From Cenococcum geophilum (lineage: Eukaryota), in contig CP158635.1 in the NCBI GenBank assembly GCA_050273025.1, positions 15,996,001 through 16,060,000 of the forward strand: a stretch of DNA of 64,000 nt, written 5' to 3'. Under the pieces are notes generated by a model that was not told the DNA's origin, did no database searches, and saw nothing but the letters and a program-made list of their open reading frames with translations. Positions 24,201 through 36,000 of the stretch are shown in pieces (positions within the stretch are counted from its first letter, which is position 1; every line of letters starts with the position of its first letter). A program made the translations under genes and the position numbers.

Positions 24201-26294
24201 CTAGAGGTGTAATATCCGTCTAATTAATTTAGTTAATATTATTACTTATTATACCTAAAGCCTCTTCTTCTTTATACGCGCAACGCTGTACCCGCACTAT
24301 TACTATAATATTATTGCTTAGTGAAATAATACTATCTCCGTATTCTCGTTATACGAAAGAGGGGTTAGTTTATATTACGCTAGCGAGCCCTTTATCTTGG
24401 TAACCCTCTTCCTATTTAAAGTGCACTAAGGCGAACGTTCGGTCCTCTTTGTTACGGACGCTTTAAGTACGATATTACAACTACTTAGAGAGGAGTCGGA
24501 AGAAGCTAGTTAGTTAATATAAGCACGGTCCAGGATGGAGCCCGTGGAACCATATGACGAGGAATAGTAAGCAGAGTCACATAATATAATCTATATAATC
24601 TGTATAATCTGCGAGATCTGCAATAAAGCGAACAGAGCAGGCAGAGTAGATAGAGCAACGACTTTCTTAAGAGTACGGTTATATATTTAAGGACCCTTAG
24701 TCCCTACCTAGATAGTTCCTTTCTCGTAGTAATTCTCAGAATATAATTAAAGTTAATCTATTAGGCAACCACTCCGCCAGTTATTATTACGTTATTAACT
24801 TATCTGTATATCTATATACCTAGCCCATTAACAGAACCCACTATAGTACTTACTACAAGGTTCCGTTATATAATTACTACCATAGTTACGGTTCAATAAG
24901 TTAAACAACATACCACCAAAAGCAGCCACTATAACGCCATTAACGGCGGCAACTACTTCGAGATTAGGTAATGACACTAGTATAGCAGACACTAACTTAC
25001 AATAACCTATAACAGTAGGACAGTTATAAGAGATAGTTAACTAGTTAACGGAAAATAATATAATACTTAAAAATAGGATTAATGGAATAGGTGCAGTAAA
25101 GATTAAGCTACTATTAATTAAGAGATTCTTAGGAAAGAGATTAAAGTTTAAAGGATTCCTTACGTAAATGTATTTTAAGGTTTTATAAGAAGGAGCTAAG
25201 CTACTAACACCTATAGATTAAGTAGCGTATACAGGATTGTTCTTATTAGGAAGAGCACTTAAATAGTTTAAGCCTTACCTTATAGAGATATAAGTAAATA
25301 GAATAACAACTATAAACTAAGAAGTACGGTTTATATTCTTAAGCTAAAGCGGATTTGCGGAGCGACTTATATAAATATTCGGAGATCTAAAGGCAACAAC
25401 TATAGCGGAAAGAAAACTCTAAGACATTATATAATAAACCTTAGCAATTAAGTATATAACGCAGTTTTAGACGCTAGTAATATAAGTTAAGTAAAATAAT
25501 AAGGCGCTTATAGTATAGTATAAATAGGGACTTAAGGCTAAAGTCTAGGATGTAATTATTTTAATAGAAGATACGGACACCCTAAGGGAATTAATTAATT
25601 AAGCGATTAAGATTAATAATAGGATCTTCCAAAGGGAATAGACTAAAAAAGGTTAGGATAGAGTTTTATAGTCGTATAAGGCGCAGAGTACGCAATAACT
25701 AAAGCTAAGTTAGAAAATATAGTATAGCGTAGAGCTAATAGACCTAAGTAGTACTAAAGAAACCTATAAAAGATGGAGTAAGAAACTATAGAAACCCAGA
25801 GGTTAAGGATTAAGTAATTATAGGACTAGGGAGTGTTACGGACGCTTTAAGTACAATGTTATAACTACTAGGAGAGGAGTTAAAAGAAGCTAGTTGGTTA
25901 ATATAGGTACGGTCCAGAATAGAACTGGTAGAACTATGTAACAAGGAATGGTAACCAAGGTTATATAACGTGCTACGTATTAAACAAGAGGAATAAGAGG
26001 AACTTACGTACCTTATATATAACATATATATTACGTACAAGAAGGATTTTATAGGAGTACAATTGTGTATTTAAGGACCCTTAGTCCCTACCTAGATAGT
26101 TCCTTCTTTATAGTAATTCTTAGAATACAATTAGAGTTAATCTGTTAGGCAACTACTCCACTAGTTATTATTACGTTGTTAACTTACTTGCAATACCTAT
26201 ACACTTAGCCCATTAACAGGACCCACCGTAGTTCTTGCTACAAGGTTCCGTTACACAATTACTACCTAGTTACGGTTTTAATAAGTTAAACAAC

Positions 26295-29134
26295 ACGCCA
26301 CTAAAAGTAGCCACCACGCTATTAACGGCAGCAACTACTTCGAGATTAGGAAACGACACCAGTATAGCAGATACTGACTCGCAACAACCTGTAACAGTAG
26401 GACAGTTATAAGAGATAGTTAACCGATTAACGGAAAATAATGTGACACTCGAAAATAGGATTAATGGAATAGGTGCGGCAAAAATTAAGCTACTATTAAT
26501 TAAGAGATTCTTAGGAGAGAGATTGAAGCTTAAAGGATTCCTTATATAAATGCACTTTAAGGTTTTATAAGAAGGAGCGAAGCTACTAATACCTACGGAT
26601 TAAGTAGCGTATGCAGGATTGTTCTTATTAGGAAGAGCACTTAAATGGTTTAAGCCTTACCTTATAGAGATATAAGCAAATGGAATAACGACTATAAACC
26701 AAGAAGTACGGTTTATGTTCTTAAGCTAGAGCGGGTTTATGGAGCGACTTATATAGATATTTGGAAACCTAGAGGCAACGACTATAGCAGAAAGAAAACT
26801 CTAAGATATTACGCAACGAACCTTAGCGATTAAGTATATAATATAGTTCTAGACGCTAGCTATATAAGTTAAGTGGAATAATAAGGCGCTTATAGCACAG
26901 TATAAATAGGGACTTAAGGCTAAAGTCTAGGACGTAATTATTCTGATAAAAGATGCGGACACCCTAAGGGAATTAATAGATTAAGCGATTAAGATTAATA
27001 ATAGGATCTTCTAAAGGGAATAGACTAAGAGAGGTTAGGATAGAGTTCTATAGTTATATAAGGCGCAGAGTACGCAACGACTAAAGCTAAGTTAAAAACT
27101 ATGGTATGGCATAGAGTTAATAGACCTAAGTGGTACCAAAGAAACCTATAAGAGATAGAGTAAGAAACTATAGAAACCTAGAGGTTAAGGATTAAGTAAT
27201 TATAGGACCAAGGAGTAAAGGCTAAATTAGGGATCTTAGTAGCAGAAGACGTTTAGGCGGACTCTATAATAAAGTTAATAGTTTAGAGACGGAGCTTATA
27301 TAAATTGTAGAAAACAAGGTTATTTTGCTAGGGATTGTAAAGATGGTTAAAGTTACTATATAATAAAGGGAACTAGACTAGCAGACGACATATATATATA
27401 GAGGGATAATAGTGTACTATAAGGAACAAAAGAGTATTTAATTAGAAGTTTCGCGTTTTGTTATAATAACGCATACCGAATTTATAAAGACGCTAAGTAT
27501 GGCGTAAGCTATTAGCTATAAGAGCTAGAATTAATAAAGTATAGAGGTACTAACGAACCATCTCGTAGATTGGATATTAAGGACGATGAATTTAATATAG
27601 GCGAAATATTTAGTAATAATAAGGCAATAAAGGCAGTTTACTAGGAACGTGTAAACCTTAAAGAAGTTATATTAGAAGTAGAGATTAGGACCGCTATAGA
27701 GCAAGGTTTAGTAATAGGTATTATAATACTGTTAGATACGGCATTTATCGCTTTATAAGACGGAAGGAAGAGTGTCTTATAGAGACTAAGTAAGTAGATA
27801 AGTGCTAGTGCTAATTTACCACTTAATAAAGGTAAAAGGCTAAAGGCTTAAGATTCTTAAGATAAGATGAGGCATGCTTAGAGACCCATAATAGATAATA
27901 ACCGATGGAGCAGAGTAGTAGCTTAGTTCAGCAATATATAAATAAGCTTGGGATAAGAGTTCCTAATAGCATAAGACTCTTAAGACGAGATAAGTGAGAT
28001 TTAAGACTCTTAAAACGAGATGAGAATATCTAAGCCTAGTTGGACTAAGGTAGAAGCTAAGCTTAAGTTAGAAGCAAGCTTAGGATTAAGGATTCTATAG
28101 GACTAAGACTTTAACATACGGATGAGGACCATTAATGAGGGAATTAAGAAGTAAGAAGACTTTAAGGATCCACTTGCAAAACGCGAAAAGAAAGAAACCA
28201 TAGAGGAATTTAGAGTAAGAATTACCTCATAGCAAGAACAGAAACTAGATAAGAGATCTAGTATATTGGGATATATAAGGGACAGAGTACCCGTATAAAG
28301 AATTACTAATAGACCTAAGATAGGCATACTAAGAGCTAAGTGGCTTACTAAACTAGAATAAGAAGAGGATCTAGGGATTCTAACTAGGTTTAAAGAACGA
28401 TATATAAAAGGCTATTACAACGCAGTAATAAGAAGATACTTTCTTACGGACAGACTGTATACACTTAAGGAGTTATACTAAAAGTGGTATAGATAACGAC
28501 ATAATAATAAGTGGAAAGATTTCTATATGTGGTTAGATAAACGAGTTGTTTAAGACCACCCGATTACGGAAAAGGCTATAACTTATATTAAAGGAGCCTT
28601 AATTATGATATTAAAGGATCTAGAGGAGTAATTAGAGGACTAAAGAAGTAAGAGGCGAATCTTAGTACCTGTAAATGAAGTTATAACGCTTAGATTAATA
28701 TAAGAGAGATTTAAACTTAAGGATAAAGACGAGCTAAGAGTTAACCTAAGATACCAGGCGTATTATACGTTGGCATGGATTATATATATAGATGACGCGT
28801 GTAATATATATAGAGCACTAAAAGATAAGAACTAGAAGTACCTAGTAAGGATATATTAGGTACCGGATAAGGTAAAGTACAGAAATACTAAGTATATATA
28901 TAGTTAGCACTCTATAAAAGTTTAAGAATAAGGGGACTTAATACTTTAACCAGGAAGATTCCTTACGGAAGAATGCCTAAATAGACGACAATGGTAGAAA
29001 TGTTTAAAGAACACCTATCTATGGTATATTAAAGAAAAGAAACAAACTAAGTATTAGCCTAAGTTGGACTAAGTATAAATAGGATCTAGCAGCTATTAGT
29101 TGGGAAAAGTAGAGGCCCACAGGACTAGAGGGAG
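26295..29134 (+). pseudogene. gag: Long gag of copy D (~940 codons)
   Basis: Retrotrans_gag-like core (ERFSGE.SKLKGFL, GRALEWF, YKQGLK..VQD), PMDL motif, CCHC knuckle GACINCGKQGHFARDC at ~27291-27341 and a long C-terminal extension. Confidence 0.85.
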
Positions 29135-32100
29135 CTAGTAGTAGAGCCTTAGACCCTTAAAGGAATTTAAGGACAATACCTAAATTTATAAGTTAAATGG
29201 CAAGATTAGCAGTTTAAAGCATTGGTAGATAGTGGAGTAATAAGGAACCACATATCACTAGTAGTAATTAAAAGGATAGGACTACCATATAGAGAGAAGG
29301 AGTACCTATATCTATTAGTTATAATTTAAGGAGATCCGATAGCCTACGGAGGAGGCATTATTAATCTTAAAATAGGACCTATTTAGTTAACTATTAAAGG
29401 GAGATAAATTGAGATGTCTTTTAATATATTACTATTAGGGAATAATAAGGCGATACTAGGAATACCTTAGTTATAGGAATACAATCTAAAGATTAATTAG
29501 GTTATAGGTTAGGTTAATATTAGAGATACTTAATGACGCAAGATGCGATAACAAACTAAGTTGGTATGGTACTAAGTTGGAGCAACATATAAGGAGACTA
29601 ATTAAGGATTAAGTTATATACTAAAGAGATACTATAAATATAGCAAAAAGTTATAGTTACTAGAAAGTGAAAAGCTGTTAGAGTATATAGTATAGGACTA
29701 CGAGATAGAGTTAGAACTAGAAATGAGTCTATAGTTCTTTCTAACCTATAAGCTTACTAAAGAAGAAGGTAGAGCATTAAAAGAGTTTATCTAGGAGAAC
29801 TTATAAAAGGGATACATCAGACCATTACAATTATTAGTGGGTTATCTAGTATTGTTCGTACTAAAGAAAAACGGAAAACTTAGGTTATGCATTAACTATA
29901 GACAGTTAAACAGCATTATAAGAAAGGATAGGTATCCTTTACCCTTAATTAGCGAAATTTAAGATAGGATAGGTAATGCGCAAATCTTTATAAAGATAGA
30001 TCTGAGATGGGCATACTATTAGATTAGGATTAAGGAAGGCGACGAATAGAAGGCAGCCTTTAGGTTAAAGGAAGGACTATATAAGCTATTAGTTATGCAA
30101 TTTGGGCTTATAAACGCACTAGTAATATTCTAGAAGCGAATTAACAATATGTTAGGAGAACACCTTAATGAGTTTGTTATGGTATACCTTAACGATATTA
30201 TTATCTACTTAATAAGCGAGGAAGAGCACGGAGAACACGTTAAATGGGTTTTAAAGAGACTATAAGAGGAACAGATACTAGTAGCAATTAAGAAATACGA
30301 GTTCTTTATAAGGAAGACCGATTTTGTTAAATTTATTATTAAGCTAGGCAAACTAAGCATGGACCTAAAGAAAGTTAAAGCTATAGTGAATTAGCAAGAA
30401 CTAGAGAATGTTACGCAGTTAAGATCATTTTTAGGGTTTTGTAATTACTATAGGAGGTTTATAGCGCAGTGGTTAAAGAATATTAAGCCGTTTACTTAAT
30501 TAACGAAGAAAGAGAAACCGTAGGTATAGAGAAAGGAACAGAAAGAATTATTTAAAAAACTTAAGAAGTTATTTACCTAGAAACTAATCCTTAAAATCTA
30601 CTAACCAAAGTTAGAGACAGTGGTTAAGATAGATATATTAGACTTTGCACTAGGGGCGTACTTTCTATAGAAATATAAAGATAGATGGCACCTAGTGGCA
30701 TACTATAGTCGAAAGATAACACTACTAGAACTGAACTATGACATCTATAACAAGGAGTTATTAAGTATAGTTGCAGTACTAAAGGAATAAAGGGCATTCT
30801 TACAAAGAACAGAAAAACTATTTATAGTTAAGACGGATTATAAGAACCTAATAGGATTCCTAACAACAAAGGAACTTAACTAAAGATAGGTTAGATGGGC
30901 AGAAATACTTATAGACTACTATTTCAAGATTTAGTATACTAAGGGTATAGACAATACACGAGCAGACGCTCTAAGTAAAAAGGCTAAACTATAAAATAAC
31001 GAGAAGCTATTAGGGGCTTTATTGCGAAAAGACACAGATAGGTTAATTAGATACAATTATCTAAAAATCGCAGCAACTTAAGAGGAAAAGTTAGAAAGAG
31101 TCTATAAGACACTAGAAAGCTTTTAGGTATAAAAAATTCTAAAGGCATAGCTAGAAGATTTATAGATGGATATATATAAGAATCGAGAAGCTAAGTATAT
31201 CCTAAAAAGTATAGCAGAGCATTTTATAGAAGACTTTTATAAGGGAATGACTTAAGGACACAACGGAGCCATAGGCTTAGTGTTAAGACTCTAAGAGGAG
31301 TACATTATTAATGGAATCTGGGGTTTAGTACGGAAAATTACTAAGGAATGTCTAGATTGCTAAAGAAATAAACTAACGAGGCATAAGCTGTATGGAGGGC
31401 TATAACCTATTAAAATACTAGAAAGACCATAGGAGGTTATATTATAGGACTTTATTATTAAGTTATTAAAGTTAAGAGATCCTATTACTGGATAAGATTA
31501 TAACGTAATCTTAGTAATAGTAGACAAGCTTATAAAGTAGGGATACTTTATAGTATATATAGAAGAAATCTTAGCGGAAGATGTTGCTAGAATCTATGTT
31601 AAGGAAGTGTTTGCAAGATATAGAGCACTAAGTAAAATTATATTAGATAGAGATCTAAGATTTATAGCAGCATTTTAGGAAGTATTTTTAGCGGAATAAG
31701 GAGTTTAAGCAGCAACTTCTACCGCATATTATCTACAGACAGACGGTTAAACGGAAAGATTAAATTAGACACTAGAGCAGTATCTAAGGCATTATATTAA
31801 TTATGCACAGAATAATTAGGTATTGTTATTACCAGTTATACAGTTTATATACAATGCCACACTATAGGAAGGAATGGGTATATTACTATTTAAGGCGAAT
31901 TACGGATACGAACTAAGAATATTGTTATTACTACGCTAAGTAAAGAAGACGAGTAGCATAGCTAAAGAAAGAATGGAGACTTTAATAATTCTTTATAAAA
32001 ACCTTATAGAAATAGCTAAGGTGGTACAGCAAAGAATAAAGAAGTACTATAATGCTAAGAGATCTAAGGGACCAGATCTTAAGGAGGGAGATAAAGTATG

Positions 32101-32515
32101 GCTACTATATAAAAATTTTAAGAGTTAACGACTAAGCAAGAAGTTGGACCACGTTAGATTAGGACTTTTTAAAATTACGCAAAGAATTTTATTAGTTACG
32201 TTTAAATTGAACCTACCAGCCAGAATAAAAATCTACCCTATACAGCATATCGCGATGCTAGAGCCAGTATATAGGAATATTAAGCTATTAGTCTATAAGG
32301 CAGACATATATAGAGGATAAGAGGAAGACAAATAGTAAGTTTTAAAGATTATTAATTATAAGGATATAGATAATGAAATATAGTACGAAGTAAAGTGGAT
32401 AGGCTATAATGAGACTACCTAGGAGCTACTAGAAAATTTAAAGAACGCTATAGGAAAGGTATAGAAGTATTAGAAGAAAATAGGTTAGGTAATATAAATA
32501 GGGAAGAATTACTAA
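29102..32515 (+). pseudogene. pol: pol of copy D (PR-RT-RNaseH-IN-chromodomain)
   Basis: LVDSG(A) ~29222, LRLCIDYRQLN ~29880, YLDDII ~30185, ELNYDI.DKEL ~30730, QTDGQTERLN ~31736, chromodomain YEVKW.GY..TTWEP ~32385-32430. Confidence 0.93.
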
Positions 32516-33099
32516 AGAATAAGTCACCTAAGGGGGACCTAGGAAGAGCAACTGCCGAACTATTTAGAGTTGTTTCCTTTACTAGTAGAGGAGAGTTAGT
32601 TTTCTTATTACTAAGTTCCTATAGACCTTATTCTATAAGTTTCTACTCCTTAAAACGGACCTTCTTACGAACTTTCTTAAGACAAAGTAGATGGGTAGAC
32701 GCCGTAATGTAAGTATCTAGGGCCTTCTATTCCGCATTCTAAGAACGCTTAAGCTCTATAAGGGCCTACGCTAGGTTACTATTAAGCTTTATAGCAGTAA
32801 ATTAAACATGAGACCCTATAACAAATTACTTAGGGAACTTAGAGACTATTAAGAGTTATAGGACGCGTATACTTAGCGTTAGAAGTAAAACAAATATCGC
32901 AGGATAACCGGATATTTACTTTAGTGCACTCTAAATAAAAAGAGGGTTGCTAAAATAAAGGACTCGCCAACGTAACATAAACTAACCCCTTTTTCGCACA
33001 ATAAGAATACGGAGATAGTATAATTTCACTAAGCAATAATATAGTAGTAATAGTGCGGGCATAACGTTGCGCGTATAAAGAAGAGGATGCTTTAGGTAT
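32415..33099 (-). pseudogene. Antisense Zn-cluster-like gene, copy D
   Basis: Collinear with the copy-A antisense gene; its 3' end overlaps the last ~100 nt of pol. Confidence 0.72.
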
Positions 33100-36000
33100 A
33101 ATAAGTAACAATATTAACCAAATTAATTAGACGGATATTACACCTCTAGTAAACGACTTGGAGATGCTAGGTATCTTTAAGGACGAAGATAAAGAGGAGG
33201 GAGATGGTGTTACGGATGCTTTAAGTACAATATTATAACTACTAGGAGAGGAGTTAAAAGAAGCTAGTTAGTTAATATAGGCACGGTCTAGGATGGAACC
33301 GCTAGAACTATATAATGAGGAATAGTAACTAAGGTCACATAACGTGCTATGTATTAAACGAGAGGAATAAGAGGAACTTACATACCTTATATATAACACG
33401 TATATTACGTATAAGAAGGATTTTATAGGAGTACGATTATGTATTTAAGGACCCTTAGTCCCTACCTAGATAGTTCCTTCCTTGTAGTGATTCTTAGAAT
33501 ATAATTAGAGTTAATCTATTGGGCAACCACTCTACCAGTTATTATTACGTTGTTAACTTACTTGCAATACCTACACACCTAGCCCATTAATAGGACCCAC
33601 CGTAGTTCTTGCTATAAGGTTCCGTTATAGGGAGCATAGGCTAAACTAAGGATCTTAGCAGTAGAAGACGTTTAAGCAAACTCCATAATAGAAATAATGG
33701 TTTAGAGATAGAGCTTATATAAATTGCGGAAAATAGGGTTATTTCGCTAAAGACTATAGAAGTGGTTAGAGTTACTACGCGGTAAAGGGAACTAAACTAA
33801 TAGTATATAACACACATATATAGAGGGATAATAGTGTACTATAAGGAATAAAAGAATATTTAATTAGAAGTTTTGCGTTTTATTATAACAATATATACTA
33901 AGTTCATAAGGACGCTAAGTATAGCGCAAGCTATTGGCTATAGGAGCCAAAATTAAAAGGACTTAAAGGAATTAGAGAGTTAGACAAAGAATAAAATTAA
34001 CTTTATAAGCTAGATTAAGATATTACAGCAATATATAAATAAAGATTAGTAACAATAACAATAGAGTTAGAGTACTTATTAATTAACAGCGATGAGGATA
34101 GTAAAGGAACTAACTGGAGGTATCTAAACCTTAATAACGCAATAAAAGTAAAGACTAAGACCGCTATAAAGCAAGGTTCAGTAACGGGTATTATAATACT
34201 ATTAGATACGGCATCTATTACTTTATAAGACGGAAGGAGTAATATCTAAAGATGATTAAGCAAGTAGATAACTGCTAGTACTAGCTTACTACTTAATAAA
34301 GGCAAAAGGCCAAAGGCTTAAGATTCTTAAGATAAGATAAGAGACAACTAAGATTCTTAAGATGAGATAAGGCATGCTTAAGGACCTACAATAGACGAAA
34401 ACCAATAGAGTAGAGTAATAGCTTAGTTTAGTAATATACAAATAAGCTTAGGACGAAGTTTCCTAAAGGTATAAAACTTTTAAGACAAGATGAATAAGAT
34501 CTAGGACTCTTAAGACAAGATAAGGACACTAGTAAAGCCTAGTTAGACTAAGGCTAGAGCTAAGCTTAAGAAAGAAGTAAGCTTAGGATTAAAGAATCTA
34601 AGGGACTAAGAATTTAGAATATAAATAAGGACACCTATAAGTAAGAAGCAAGAGACTTCTTTACAGATCAGAGAATCTGTAATATAAACAGCAGTTAGAT
34701 TAAGAGACAGATATATAGACCTAAAAGACTTACTAGGTAAACGAAGTGTTTAGCCTAAAGATTAAAAAGTTAATATAGCAATTAAGAAGTAAGAAGACTT
34801 TAAGGATCTAATTACAAGACGTAAGTAATAAGAAACCATAGATAAGTTTAGAGCAAGAATCCTTATATAGCAAGAACAGAAACTAAATAAGAGATTTAGT
34901 ATACTAGGTTATATATAAGATAGAGCGCCGGTATAAAAAGTTACTAATAGGCCGAAAACAGGCACGCCAAAAGCTAAGTGGCTTACTGAACTAGAAAATA
35001 AAGAGGATCTAGGGATTCTAACTAGGTTTAAAGAACGACATATAAAGGGCTGTTATAACGCAGTAATAAGAAGATACTTCCTTACAAATAAGCCGTATAC
35101 ACTTCAGCAGATATACTAAAAGTGGTATAAGCAGCAATACAATAATAAGTAGGAAGATTTCTACATATAGTTGGACAAGAGAGTTATCTAAAACTACCTA
35201 ATTACAGAAAAAGCAATAAATCATATTAAGGGAGCCTTAATTATAACATTAAAGGATCTAAAGAAACGATTAGAGGACTAGAAAAGCGAGAGATATATCT
35301 TAGTACCTATAAATAAAGTCGTAACGTTTAGATCAACATAACAGAGGTTTAAACTTAAAGATAAAGATGAGTTAAAAGTTAACCTAAAGCACCTAGCACA
35401 CTATACGCTATTATAGATTGCATGCGTAGACGATATATATAAAATGCATAAAAATCCAAAAGAAAAGAACCGGAAATACCCTATAAGGATATATTAGGCG
35501 CTAGATAAGCGATAGTATAGGAATGCTAAGTATATATACGGCTAGCATCTAGTAGAAGTTTAGGAGTTAGGAGACTTAACACTTTAACTAGGAAGATTCC
35601 TTACGGAAAAATGCTTAGACGGATAACAGTAGTAGGAATACCTAGAGAACACATATCTATAGCATATTAAGGATAAAAAGCGAATAAAGCATTAGCTAAA
35701 GAGTAAGCCAAGTATATAAGGATCTAGCAGCTAATAGTTAGGAAAAGTAGAGGCCCATAGAACCAGAGGGAGCTAGTAGTAGAGCCTTAAACCCTTAAAG
35801 GAATTTAAAAACAACACCTAAATTTATAAGTTAAATGGTAAGATTAGCAGTTTAAAGCATTAGTAGATAGTAGAGCAATAAGAAACCACATCTCACTAGC
35901 AGCAGTTAAAAGGATAGGGCTACTATATAGATAAAAGGAGCACCTTTATCTGCTAGTTACGATTTTAGGAGATCCGATAGCCTATAGAGAAGGTATTATT

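Larger units (their letters stand above)
25834..33629 (+). mobile_element. Ty3/Gypsy family 1, copy D, uninterrupted 7796 bp
   Basis: 422-bp LTRs 25834-26255 and 33208-33629. TSD GGGAG at 25829-25833 and 33630-33634. PPT AAGAGGAGGGAGA lies before the 3' LTR. Confidence 0.96.
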
